A DNA stretch of 64,000 nucleotides, taken from Squalus acanthias. Lineage: Eukaryota. Below, one piece after another: positions 11,915 to 24,155 of this stretch (position 1 is its first letter; the number at the start of each line of letters is the position of its first letter). The stretch is from NCBI GenBank assembly GCA_030390025.1, contig CM059431.1:115756001-115820000 (forward strand), in the 5' to 3' direction. The position numbers and the translations under genes were made by a program. The notes beneath the pieces are model-generated. The model had not been told where the DNA came from and made no database searches. It saw nothing but the letters and a program-made list of their open reading frames with translations.

Positions 11915-12110
11915 CTGACCTCTCGTGCATCCTGGATTTCCTTTGTTCCACCATTGGTGGCCGTGCCTTCAGCTGTCTAGGCCCTAAGCTCTGGAATTCC
12001 CTCCCTCAACTTCTCCACCTCTCGCTCCTCCTTCAAGATGCTGTTTAAAACCTACCTCTTCGACAAAAGCTTCGTTAAAGGCAGTATATCCATGCAAGTT
12101 GTTGCTGTTG
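11915..12110 (+). mobile_element. L2 3' fragment (paralogous copy at about 15822-16016)
   Basis: ccaccattggtggccgtgccttcagc...ctctggaattccctcc, similar to 6190-6320. Confidence 0.75.
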
Positions 12111-12217
12111 TGAAGAACCTTGCCTGCCACTTGCACATTTCAGGCGTGTTGCTCATCATTTTCTGCTACATGCTGCAGCGGACAAGTTTCCTCAGCACCA
12201 GTATAATAGTCAGAAAA

Positions 12218-12660
12218 TAAAAAGAAAGACTTGCATTTATATGGCACCTTTCATCACAAAGTGCTGATCACACAGCCAATGAAGTACCGTCACAGATGTA
12301 ATGGCGGAAACACAGCAGGCAATTTGCATGCAGCAAGATCCCACAAACAGCAATGAGGTAATGAGCAGATCATTTGTTTTTGATGTTTGGATGAGGGATA
12401 AATATTGCCCAGGACACCAGGGAGAACTCCCTTGCTCTTTTACAAAATGGTGCAATGAGATTTTTTTACGTTCACCTGAGAGGGGAGACGGGGCTTCGGT
12501 TTGACGTCTCATCTGAAAGACGGCAACTCTGTCAGTGCAGCGCTGCCTCAATACTGCACTGGAGTGTCACCACAGATTTTTGTGCTTGAGTGGGACATGA
12601 ACCCACAACCTTTTGACTCTAAAAGCAGGAGTTCTACCCACTGAGCCACAGCTGACACAA
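12218..12660 (-). mobile_element. Deu-domain SINE
   Basis: Reverse-complement similarity to 7045-7500. Confidence 0.85.
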
Positions 12661-13289
12661 TGGTGAGGGGGAAGGGGAGGGTGCCAGGGGGGATAGGTCT
12701 CTCGGGGGTGGGGGAAAGGTGGGGTCAGCAAGGTCTATTTGAGGTTAATTGATTGGGAAGTTCACGAACAGCAAGCACCATTAGAATATGCTCGAAAAGG
12801 TCATCTTCTGATGTGCCTGGTAAAGATTCTCAATGGGGGAAAGTGCGGGGGGGAGGGGGGAGAAGGGCCTTCTCCCAGGCTTGGGAAAATTTGTGTAGGA
12901 TGTTGGGGCAACACACATACTCACTTAATAGGTACCTTTATGAGGTTTTAGGGGCCTGGAGCATGATTTTCAATAGAGAGACAGTCATGGACCATTCCAA
13001 AATGAGGTGCACAAAATATATCAGCACAGCAGCAGTACCTGCACAGGGAGCTTGCCTATTTTATAAGTATAAATATCGGGCTGTTTGCCTCCCCAGCAGC
13101 ATCCTGAAGATAAGTATGAGATGGGAAGAAGAATGGGAGGGGGCCAATTGCAATACACTGGAGTTCCAGCTTAGATTTTGTGTTCAAGTCTCCATGGAGG
13201 GGGATTTGAACCCACAACTTCTTGATCCAGAGGCAACGAGAGCTACCCACTGAGCCGCACCTGGCACTTCTAAGTGTCCAGCCCCATGT

Positions 13290-13506
13290 AAATACAGCAA
13301 CTTCACGCATGCATTTCAATGGTGAGCCAGACAGCGAGACGCAGTTTTCGCGAAGCTAATGGCGGAGCGGCGTAACTCAGACAGCAACTTTTGAATATTT
13401 GAGTTCAGCCGCCCAGCTGCTCCTCGCCTGAAGTCGCTGTACCATTTGCGCATAAATAACAGCGCGCCGTCAGCCTCAGCGTTATTTTGACAGGAAATTA
13501 TGGCCC
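13290..13506. mobile_element. MITE fragment (right end)
   Basis: CpG-rich block ending GGAAATTATGGCCC followed by AAT. Confidence 0.5.
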
Positions 13507-13845
13507 AATGTGGTTTTTCTACAATCCTCTGTTTGCAAACACTGTGATGGGGGTATTATCTTATTGATAAAATGTGCAACAAAACTTCTTTCATTTGTTT
13601 TTGAATATATGATGTAACGATGTAAATCGTATTGTAATGTACTAATTTGCCGATACATATAAGACAAGTAACACACGGCTCTTCTGTCTGTTCCTGGAAG
13701 AAAAAAAATTGCCATGCACTATTTGAATGGAGACAGCCTCTCAAGCTATCTTCTAATCTTGTGCCAAATGCTTGATTCATTGTGGTTCAAAGGGGGAACA
13801 GGCTGGTATATGATTCACGGCGAGGCTTGTTTTCACTTGTGAAGT

Positions 13846-14170
13846 TCACAGAACAGAATCACAGAATCCCCACAGTGCAGATAGAGACCATTTCGGCCCA
13901 TCGAGCCTGCACCGACACATATCCCACCCTATCCCCGTAACCCCACGTATTTAATCCCCCCTAACACTAAGGGTCAATTTATCATAGCCAAATCAACCTA
14001 ACCCGCACATCTTTGGACTGTGGGAGGAAACCAGAGCACCCGGAGGAAACCCACGCAGACATGAGGAGAATGTGCAAACTCCACACAGACATTCACCCGA
14101 GGCTGGATTCGAACCTGGGTCCCTGGCGCTGTGAGGTAACAGTGCTAACCACTATGCCACCATGTTGCCC
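13846..14170 (-). mobile_element. HE1-like V-SINE with CR1-derived tail
   Basis: tRNA-like head (gggcaacatggtggcatagtgg...ggttcgaatcc), V-domain (gtgtggagtttgcacattctcc...tgcgtgggtttcctccgggtgctc) and short-repeat tail on the minus strand. Confidence 0.88.
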
Positions 14171-14432
14171 AGTTGGGGCACTGACTGTTCTATCTATCCC
14201 GGAACAATTCCGACATCCAAACCTAGGAGAAGTATGTTCCCTTTTCCCAGTAGTATATTTGACAATGGGTCTGCATCCACCAGCAGTGGCAGTGCTCTCA
14301 CCTCTCAGTCTAGATTATGTCCTCCAGACTCTGGAAGTGGGGTTCAAGCCCTACTAGTTGGAGCAGGAAACATCTGTAGATTAAGAAGAAGAATTATGGA
14401 GGATAGAAAAGTTAAAAGGAAGCAATCCAAAA

Positions 14433-15371
14433 TGGTCTGAGGAAGTTGCAGAAACAACATTAAAGGAGGTAACAAGACACAGCTTAATCCGAGAAAATTG
14501 GGGAGAAAGAGAAATATAGAGGGTGAAATCGTAACTTTTTTTGTTGAAAGAAACACATAACAATTGGAGGACAGAGGTCTGGTATATGATTCTAATTGGC
14601 ATACTGCATCTTTAGGTAGCCATTATGACAGGTATAACATAAGATTGCCTAGTAGGCACTTACCTTGAATTATCATGTTCAACCGTTACAGAATAATTGT
14701 CTTTATCAAAGTAGACAGCAAAGGATGCAAATAAATCATCAACCTTTGTCACTTAATATATTTTTTCTGTTAATTTTTTAGACGGGTACAAGTAAATAAA
14801 ATGACAGTTCATGCAGAAATGAAAGGTTCTCACAATTATTATGTACATCTCTTCTGTCAGAACATAGCGATGAAAGGATCTTTCTGTGATTTTTTCATTG
14901 ACAGTGTTGTCACATTGAGTTAAATGAATCCTCGGTCTGCACTGAGTTAGTTGATCCAGGCCAGAGCAGTGTTAAGGGTGCTGAAATTGTTAGCAGTGCT
15001 CCCGAATTGAGGAAGCGAATAATCAGCCAGGCTTCCCACTCCTAATCCTGATACATCGATACTGACTGGAAGGGCATGAGTGAGTACACTAAGTGAGGAC
15101 AGAAATCAAGCTCATCTGTGATGCCTTCCACAGTTGGATAACCTGACAGCACTCGCTATCAACGCACCAGTGGGTGACTGCCCTCAAGTCCTAGGGAAGC
15201 CCATCCCAGTGAGATAGTCAATTGGGAAAGGAGAGGAGAGGAGAAAACTGGAGGAGAAAATTGTAGAGAAAAAAAATCAGAGAAAGGAGGACAATTAAAA
15301 TGCAAGTCTAAAAAGAAGGCTGTTGTAACTAATACAGACATAAATTCATTTTTGATGTACTTTGCAGAAAT
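14433..15371 (+). repeat. Local duplication segment X', paralogue of 21014-22195
   Basis: Near-identical by eye; lacks the 21934-22148 insertion. Confidence 0.95.
14925..15170 (+). mobile_element. Old SINE-like repeat, possibly UCON3-domain related; paralogue at about 21525-21765
   Basis: tctgcactgagttagttgatc...aatcagccagg...gtgaggacag...ctgtgatgcc resembles an ancient vertebrate SINE domain from memory. Confidence 0.4.
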
Positions 15372-15380
15372 CTAAATCAA

Positions 15381-16822
15381 AACGTCTGATTCAGGCATGG
15401 GTAAAGGACGCTTCTTGTTTGTCCTTACCCAATATGACGCCCGGCGCACTTCTGGTCAGATGTGGCGAGCGCTTCCTGCCCGTCATTTTGGGGACTTGGG
15501 AGACCGCACAGCACCTGAAAAATGGGCGCTATGCAGCCCAATTTCTAGGCCAATGAGTCTTTACATAAATTGATGAGTATACTGTCTCCAGAGCAGTTTT
15601 GGTGTTTTTTTGAGGTACATTATTTTGGCTACGGTAGGGGAAAAAAATCATCTGTTTTCAACTAGTGAGAGAGAGCTCATGATCAATTGTACAAAAGACA
15701 CTCATTCTTACACATAACCCCATAAATTAAAACATGCTGGTGCTTCCCAGAGAGAATCTTTGATCAGTATATCTCAGTCATGGTGTGCAAAGATATTGGG
15801 GGTAATTTCGTGAGCACACACTGACCTCTCGTGCATCCTGGATTTCCTTTGTTCCACCATTGGTGGCCGTGCCTTCAGCTGTCTAGGCCCTAAGCTATGG
15901 AATTCCCTCCATCAACCTCTCCACCTCTCGCTCCTCCTTCAAGATGCTGTTTAAAACCTACCTCTTCGACAAAGCTTCGTTAAAGGCAGTATATCAATGC
16001 AAGTTGTTGTTGTTGTGAAGAACCTTGCCTGCCACTTGCACATTTCAGGCGTGTTGCTCATCATTTTCTGCTACATGCTGCAGCGGACAAGTTTCCTCAG
16101 CACCAGTGTAATAGTCAAAAAATGTAGCTATTATTAATAAAAAGAAAGACTTGCATTTATATGGCACCTTTCATCACAAAGTGCTGATCACACAGCCAAT
16201 GAAGTACCGTCACAGATGTAATGGCAGAAACACAGCAGGCAATTTGCACGCAGCAAGATCCCACAAACAGCAATGAGGTAATGAGCAAATCATCTGTTTT
16301 TGATGTTTAGTTGAGGGATAAGTATTGCCCAGGACACCAGGGAGAACTCCCTTGCTCTTTTACAAAATGGTGCCATAAGATTTTTTACGTTCACCTGAGA
16401 GGGGAGACGGGGCTTCGGTTTGACGTCTCATCTGAAAGACGGCAACTCTGATCAGTGCAGCGCTGCCTCAGTACTGCACTGGAGTGTCACCACAGATTTT
16501 TGTGCTCGAGTGGGACCTGAACCCACAACCTTTTGACTCTAAAGGCAAGAGTTCTACCCGCTGAACCACAACTGACACAATGGTGAGGGGGAAGGGGAGG
16601 GTGCCAGGGGGAATAGGTCTCTCGGGGGTGGGGGAAAGGTGGGGTCAGCAAGGTCTATTTGAGGTTAATTGATTGGGAAGGTCTCGGACAGCAAGCACTA
16701 TTAGAATATGCTCGGAAAGGTCATCTTCTGATGTGCCTGGTAAAGATTCTCAATGGGGGAAAGTGGGGGTGAGGGGGGAGAAAGGCCTTCTCCCAGGCTT
16801 GGGAAAATTTGTGTAGGATATT
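15381..16822 (+). repeat. Local duplication segment Y', paralogue of 10725-12905
   Basis: Near-identical by eye, including the right end of MITE 10110-10891, the L2 piece and the SINE; lacks MITE 10962-11713. Confidence 0.95.
16137..16580 (-). mobile_element. Deu-domain SINE (duplicated copy of 12218-12660)
   Basis: Same flanks and same internal deletion pattern as 12218-12660. Confidence 0.85.
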
Positions 16823-17573
16823 GGGCCAGAAATTCAGCTCTTGTCGGGTGAGTACGCGCTGTGTACTCACCCGTAAGGCCACCTGAAGTGCCGGTTTCCC
16901 GCATGCGTGGGAAACCGGAACTTCCATTCCCCTGAAGGGAGGGGTTCAAAGTCGAACGTGTGCGCGGGAGAGTGAGCACGCACGCAGCGAACTTCATATT
17001 TTTTTTCAGGTTTCTCCGGGAAGGTAAGTATGGAGAAGCTGCACTTTTAAAAAGGAGACGCAAGGCCTGTTTTTAACAAGGTAAGTGGTTAATTAATTAC
17101 AATTTAAACATTTTTTCAACAGGTTTATCATTATTACATACTTTAAAGAAAGGTAAGTTTATTTTTAGCACCGTTAAAAAGTATAATTTATTTTTTCAAA
17201 AATTTAAATTTTTGTTTAAAATAGTTAATTTATGTAACTTATAGTTATTTTAAAAATGTGATTTAAAAAAAAATGTATTTGAAGTTTAAGTGTGGTTTTG
17301 GGGCCGATCTCTATTCATAGATTTGACAGGTCTTCCTGTCAAATCTATGAATGAAAATGCCCTGCTCCGATTGGCTCTCCATGGCCCACGTGATCCCAGG
17401 GGACGCTTCGAACTAACTGCGCCCCTGGGATATGCAAGCACTGCGCGCCGGCAGCTGCAGGAGGCCCAGGACCCGAAGTCCTCGTGGGCCCACAGCACAA
17501 CAGCAGGCGTGGTAGGTAAGTACGCGCGCGATGCTTGCACCCGCAGGAAGCCGGAGAGCCGAATTTCTGGCCC
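16823..17573. mobile_element. Harbinger-type MITE, family copy 2
   Basis: TIR GGGCCAGAAATTC / GAATTTCTGGCCC, flanks ATT/ATT; colinear with 10962-11713. Confidence 0.92.
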
Positions 17574-17907
17574 ATTGTTATCTGGTCCGCTCTATTCACC
17601 AATCACTATAGAAATAAGTTTGTATATTAAAGTCTTAGTTCTGCCTATGTGTCTGAAAAATCTCATTATAAGTTAAGTTCTGATCTTAAGCCTTCCTTTT
17701 GTGCTAATTCTTACAATTCACTTAACAGCCTTAGATGAGTCCATGGCCCAAGTATCTGCATTACCGACTGCTGGTCCATGTTAGGTGAGATTTATACATC
17801 GGTCCATTGGGCTAGTCCCAGTACAAAGATGATTCTACTGTTTTGGAGACCATTAGTTATGTGGATGAATTTTCACTGCAGGCTTACTTGAGAAGTCTCA
17901 AACAAGC

Positions 17908-18055
17908 AACATAGGAACATAAGAAAAGGAATAAGCTATTCAGCCCCTCGAGTCTGTTCCACCATTCAATTAGAGCACGGCTGATCTGTATCTTAACTCC
18001 TTCTACCTACATTGATTCTGTAACCCTTAATACCCTTGCTTAACAAAAATCTTTG
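17908..18055 (-). mobile_element. CR1 3' end
   Basis: aacataggaacataag...cagcccctcgagtctgttccaccattcaat...gctgatctg. Confidence 0.8.
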
Positions 18056-18310
18056 CAACAGCATGAAAAAAAAATGAGTTGGCCAACTAGAATCGATTGG
18101 GTTCCTAAATCCTATAATGTGCCCAACATTCTCTTGTTCTGACGTAGGGACCACACCCAAAACATTAACCCATCTTTTATCTTTTCAGATGTGCATGGAG
18201 CTGTTCTGTCCGCCCAGGATATTTCATTTTTATTTCATTTCTGCTGTACTTTGACTTGGTGGAATCACAGTAGGTTCAGCAGAGCACCAATCATACCCGT
18301 CACAGAAAAT

Positions 18311-19605
18311 GGCCCCGGAATTTGCGGTTGTAATGACAGTGAAACTGTCAGCGTTTGCCGTCATTAAAAATGGATTTTTGACAGCGTACTGAGCCATTAC
18401 TACTGCTGAACAATAGTTCTGGCCCTGAAAAACAAATCTAATATTTGTGAAATGTCAAATTTTTCCATTATGATAAAAAAAATCGATCGGGAGAGAAATT
18501 CGGTACTTGAGTGCCTCCCGTTATCACCTCCGGGGGGGGTGATAATGGGGCGCTAACAACTTACCGATCGGGCGCGGCAAAATGAACGACTCCCGCTAAA
18601 TTGGCCGAGAGGTTTGCGGTGGCGGTAACACTTTGCACCACGATCTCCTGCGCCCGGAGACCGTGACATCATTGCCATGCGCATCGCCCCGGTAGCGCTC
18701 CGGACCCGAACTTCGGTTCTGCCCCCTGCTGCATCGCTGGGCGAAAACACCGACAGCTGCAGGAGGCGTTGTTCGGGAGGCTGGGAGCTTTGGAGGTGCA
18801 AATAAAAGGGAATGTTGGCGCGGGTAGGAGAAAAATTTTAACAACACTTCACCTGATTTTTTTCCGATTGCTCCTAGGCCGCGATCGATCAGCCCGGCAC
18901 TCTGCTGGAGTACATGGGGCAGATCGGGCCGGATCGCGGCTGCCGTCGGGGACCAGCTCACTGGTCCCAATGCAGAGCCTGCAGCGATGGCCCTTCCCTT
19001 TAAGGGAAGGGAAGAAGCCTCGGATTGTGGCAACGCTGCACGGGATATTGTGCAGCGCTACCCCGCCTGCGTCCTTTAGCGCTCCAGGAAGAAAGCGGAG
19101 CACTTGATTTAGCGCTCCACTTCCTGCCTGGGGCGCAAACACCGAATTTTGAAAAAGCTGGGAATCATTAGCGCCTGGCGCTACGTTTCCCAGCTTTCAA
19201 AAGTTAGTGTCCCAAACGGGGCAATACTGAATTTCACTCCCATGGTTTTTAATATAATTTAAAAAAATTAAGTTTGTTTATATTTCAGCTTTTACCTTAA
19301 CCCCATGTGTATGTCCCAATCTTTATTTCGCTCTCTGTAAAATGATTAAAAAGTGAAGGATAATCAATGCGTTTTACTTCCTGGTTTGCTGTCTGTGAGA
19401 ATTCTTCAATGTGATTGGCTGCTTAGCCAGCTTGATGACATCACTGTTGCTGGACACAGGAGATCCCCTAGACTTGGCGCCAGAATCAAACTAACAGCGG
19501 GAGAGGTGAAATCAATGCCACAGAGATCGCTAGATCTTTGTGGGCAAATTTCTTCGAGTTCAGCGGCGAGCACCATCACCTCGCCACTGACTGCAAAATC
19601 GGGCC
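18311..19605. mobile_element. Harbinger-type MITE hosting a nested MITE
   Basis: Ends GGCCCCGGAATTTGCGG / CTGCAAAATCGGGCC, flanks AAT/ATT. Confidence 0.7.
18489..19241. mobile_element. Nested GC-rich MITE
   Basis: TIR GGGAGAGAAATTCGGTA / TACTGAATTTCACTCCC, flanks ATC/ATG. Confidence 0.85.
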
Positions 19606-21933
19606 ATTATGTTTTGTTTCTTATATTGTAGATGCGTTCAAGCCAGCTGTGTGTGCAAAAATGTCATTCAAAGCCCTGAGTTTTGGTTCCATTTCAGTTC
19701 TGAAGTGGCAAGATGATAACTGTTGAAGTCGGAAAGCTTTAATTACTACAACAACAACAACTTGTATTTATATCTTCATACCTTGTATATTTTGTACAAA
19801 GCTAATGCAAACTGCTTCAAGAGCAGTTGTTCATTAAAATAAATAGCAATTTTGTTGGCCTAGTGACATTTTAAACACACTTTAAGGCATTTTTCTGTCT
19901 CAACAGATACAATTGAATCTTGATAAATACTTAACTCACTTGCCAAGCCATTTTATGCATGGATCACAAATGTGACTGGCTTACAATTAGGGATTTGTCT
20001 GCATGCAGAAGCTGAGAAGCTGGATCATCGTAAAAGGAAAGGAAAACATGACAAATAAAATTAAATAGGATTAAAAATATTTGCGGCTGGTTTTCTTGGA
20101 GACAGCATCTGAGGAAAGCCTATTGCCCAGGTGCAGAGGTCAGAATAAGGCAGAGCAGAGACCTGTCGCACCATGTCTCTACCCCATTTGTATTGTCCTA
20201 GGGTTTCTGAAGCTATTCCCAAGGGGTAGAGCAGACTCTGCACCTGTATAGGTGCAGGCCAAATGCTGCCATGGAAATGAGGAGGGAAGGGACGTTTCTG
20301 GTCTATTCACCTCACTTTCCTGTCATTATCCTGGGAAGCGAAGCCAGATGCAGGGACCCTCGAAAAAGCCAGCCATGGGGCTTGCGCTTGGGCCTCCCTC
20401 AGATCAGGGTGGGGGAAGTGCGGGGGTACGGGGGGGATGTAGGGGTGTAGGGGTGGCAGGCATCAAGGTGAAAAAGGCCCTAAAGCTGACTGGCCTTTTT
20501 GTTGCAGGGTCTGGAGGCCTTCTAACTATTCTCTAGAATCAACCTGATAGCGATAAGTGATGAATCAAATTCAGTACGCGAATTAATACAAATGAAACAA
20601 TTTCAGATTAACATGCAAATAAATGAACTTCATTCAATTTTAAAATGTGTCCCTTTAGAAAATGCTATCATGTACACAAAGCAAGTCAGATGTCTCTCTG
20701 TTTGTGTGCCACCAATGCACATCACCTATTATTGATTTCTTGCTATTATGATGGTTGGTGGAAAGTTATTTCCATCAGTACCTGGAACATCAAGACTAAG
20801 TGGCGTGTTACTTGATTTTATTATTTTCTTGATTTTATTATTTTAAAGTGCAGGTATGAAAATATTGGAGTGTCTTTGGGTGGGCCCCATTGCTAGAACA
20901 GGATGTCCAATAACCCAACTGCAAAGCCTCTGTCTTGGTCAGTACAGCAAGTTTGTTCTGAAGCAGACCTTACAGCTGTTGCATTGCGAATGTTTACAAT
21001 CTACTTTTCACATTGGTCTGAGAAAGTTGCAGAAACAACATTAAATGAAGGAACTTTCAGGAGGTAACAAGACACAGCTTAATCCGAGAAAACTGGGGAG
21101 AAAGAGATATATAGAGGGTGAAATCGTAACTTATTTTGTTGAAAGAAACACATAACAATTGGAGGACAGAGGTCTGGTATATGATTCTAATTGGCATACT
21201 GCATCTTTAGGTAGCCATTATGACAGGTATAACATAAGTTTACCTAGTAGGCACTTACCTTGACTTACCATGTTCAACCGTTACAGAATAATTGTCTTTA
21301 TCAAAGTAGACAGCAAAGGATGCAAATAAAACATCAACCTTTGTCACTTAATATATTTTTTCTGTTAATTTTTTAGACGGGTACAAGTAAATAAAGTTAC
21401 AGTTCATGCAGAAATGAAAGGTTCTCACATTTATTATGTACATCTCTTCTGTCAGAACATAGCGATGAAAGGATCTTTCTGTGATTTTTTCATTGACAGT
21501 GTTGTCACATTGAGTTAAATGAATCCTCGGTCTGCACTGAGTTAGTTGATCCAGGCCAGAGCAGTGTTAATGGTGCTGAAATTGTTAGCAGTGCTCCCGA
21601 ATTGAGGAAGCGAAAAATCAGCCAGGCTTCCCACTCCTAATCCTGATACATCGATCCCGACTGGAAGGGCATGGGTGAGTACACTAAGTGAGGACAGAAA
21701 TCAAGCTCATCTGTGATGCCTTCCACAGTCGGATAACCCAACAGCACTCACTGTCAATGCACCAGCGGGTGACTGCCCTCAAGTCCTAGGGAAGCCCATC
21801 CCAGTGAGATAGTCAACTGGGAAAGGAGAGGAGAGGAGAAAACTGGAGGAGAAAAATTGTAGAGAAAAAAAATCAGAGAAAGGAGGACAATTAAAATGCA
21901 AGTCTAAAAAGAAGGCTGTTGTATCTAATATAG

Positions 21934-22148
21934 GTCATGATGCGGAGATGCCGGTGTTGGACTGGGGTGGACAAAAATGAGAAGTCGCACAACACCAGGT
22001 TATAGTCCAACAGCTTTATTTGAAATTACGAGCTTTCGGAGCTCTGCTCCTTCTTCAGGTACAGACAGGTACAGCAGAGCTCCGAAAGCTCATAATTTCA
22101 AATAAAACTGTTGGACTATAACCTGGTGTTGTGCGACTTCTCATTTTT
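21934..22148. mobile_element. Penelope-like palindromic insertion
   Basis: 78-bp arms at 21971-22048 and 22073-22150; TSD GTATCTAATATAG (21921-21933, 22149-22161); absent from the paralogue at about 15324-15337. Confidence 0.85.
22030..22060 (-). ncRNA. Putative minimal hammerhead ribozyme core
   Basis: Minus strand reads CUGAAGA-A-GGAGC-AGA-GCUCC-GAAA, i.e. CUGANGA box, stem II and GAAA box, as known for Penelope-like elements. Confidence 0.55.
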
Positions 22149-22992
22149 GTATCTAATATAGACATAAATTCATTTTTGATGTATTTTGCAGAAATTAGAA
22201 TGCATTTCTGAAAACTTAAATGGCTATTGGAACTAATGTCGAAATAAATGCAACTGTGATCTATTTCGCAGAAGTGCTGCGATCCCTCAGAGCCATTGAG
22301 AACAGAGTACTAAGTGCAGTTAGAAATGTTGTCAGACATAATGAAGGAAAACATGGAAATGTCATTCGGTCACAAAGGGAGACAGCCAGAGTTACAGCAA
22401 CACACACAGAATCTATTTTCATGTGGATACAAGATTACCTGAAAGACAATTGGCTAAGATTACAAAGAGAGCTGCATAATCAATTCCCACATCATGTTGT
22501 AGAAACATGGCTTCCTGACCACATCCCCTCCAACATTCTTGGGATCATCCATCATGTTTACAGCGGATTGTTGCTGCTCTAAAATACAGGAAAAGATTGC
22601 GAGACAGATTCCCCAGACCCAGACAGACCCACATGGCCCTGAGCACCCCGCTAAAACTATCCCACACTGCAGTCCAAGTAGATAATGTTTTCTTTGGGGG
22701 GGGTTTGGGAATCTTTGCTCCTTCTACAATAGTGAATGTTCTTTCAATTTGTGCACACCATTGCAAAATTGAATAGCGTTTTCAGTCATTAAATAAGGAT
22801 TCGTAATTAATCATGAAAAAGGACATGCATGGAAAATATATTTTCTAATTTTATTAATTAGTACCATTGACATGTGGCTTTGTTCCATTCCCATCAAAGA
22901 ATAATTAAAGAAAATTATAACAGGATTCTTTTCTTTAACAATCTGGGAGAGAATGCTCTTTTAAAATGGAGCATTTAGAGTGATCACACAAC

Positions 22993-23152
22993 GGGGTAGA
23001 TTTTGACTTTGTAAAGTGGGTGATCGTGAGTCGGCGGCCTATTTTACATCTCTCCCGATTCCAATGGAAATAAAAATTGAAAGAGATGTAGAATGGGCTC
23101 CCGTCTCGCTATCACTGGCTTTACACACTCGCACAAAGTTAAAATCTACCCC
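22993..23152. mobile_element. 160-bp fold-back MITE
   Basis: TIR GGGGTAGATTTTGACTTTGT / ACAAAGTTAAAATCTACCCC with an internally palindromic body. Confidence 0.85.
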
Positions 23153-23303
23153 CATGTTTGAAAGATTCGCTTCTTGAGTTCCACCACGTCTGACCGTGAA
23201 AAATTTCATTTAATTTACAGTGAAATACCTTTAATCAAATTAAGTTTCTAAGTGCCAGTTTATTGCTGTGATATTTCCAGTGTTTCATGGTCTGCCCCGC
23301 AGC

Positions 23304-23513
23304 GAGTCATGCTTCAGAGGAGGATAAAAAAAAAACTTCTCTCTCTGCACTCCACCGCATAGCAGTCAGTCAGGCAACAGAAGATCAAAATGGCCACACT
23401 GACCACATGCAGGAACAATAAGGAGGTGGTCTCCGTGGGGATTTTGATCTTTTTGTTGCCCGGCTGCTATGCGGTGTAGAGAGAGAATTCTCTTTTTCTC
23501 TGAAGTATGACTC
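23304..23513 (+). other. Long imperfect inverted repeat / candidate RNA hairpin
   Basis: Arms at 23304-23406 and 23426-23513 pair in blocks; most point differences within paired blocks are G-U compatible on the + strand. Confidence 0.65.
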
Positions 23514-24121
23514 CCATCCTGCTAAAAAGGAGACTTGCAGAGAAATTGTGAAGGAAGTAGAAGTTCAGGAATTGGCCAGTGACACAATCGCATATGATTG
23601 CCAAAACACTTAGGCAGGGCACGTTCTGACTAATGTTCCCTGTAATTTTTTGAGGGCCACGCGGTCCCTTTAATGGGCTATGCTGCCCATTCAAAATACC
23701 ACACATGTGCTTCTTTTTCCATTTAAAAGCCGGTTCACTAGCTGTGAGGGACCTCCAGAGCACTGCGCTGTGCGGCTGCGGCTTAAAGAGAACATTGGTT
23801 CTGACTCCCCAAGCCCTGCTGTATCCAAGGATCATACCCAAATTGCCTTAAACCTTAAAAGTGCATTATCCCCAGTGTTTGCTCAACTGAGTCAGCAATT
23901 CTAATGCGCCAATGTATTTTCTTGGAAGTAGTACTCTACTGAGTTAATAGCATATATCAATATCTTACTAAATATTTTACATCTGCACGCTTTTCCTGTC
24001 CACAACCTTGCTTCCTGTTGTTACATTTTTTCATCAGAATTTGGTGTCGCCTTTTCCCACTGCAAGTTCCTGTGTTACATTTCCCATTCAATTGTCCTAT
24101 GTCAACTGGTTCCTGTCACTG

Positions 24122-24155
24122 TGCAATTACAGGCTTTGATCACTAGGCGGTGCTG
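24122..24155 (+). promoter_or_regulatory. Candidate CTCF site with upstream motif
   Basis: TGCAATTAC-N6-TGATCACTAGGCGGTGCTG resembles the upstream motif plus the CCACTAGRKGGCRC core. Confidence 0.45.

Noticed and set aside
18489..19241. CpG-island promoter (also at 28.9, 34.8 and 40.1 kb)
   Set aside because: The CpG-rich blocks coincide with TIR-bounded MITEs.
22220..22582. 120-aa ATG ORF in apparently unique sequence
   Set aside because: No recognisable domain and no convincing donor; an ORF of this length can occur by chance in 64 kb. A BLASTP or RNA-seq check would be needed.
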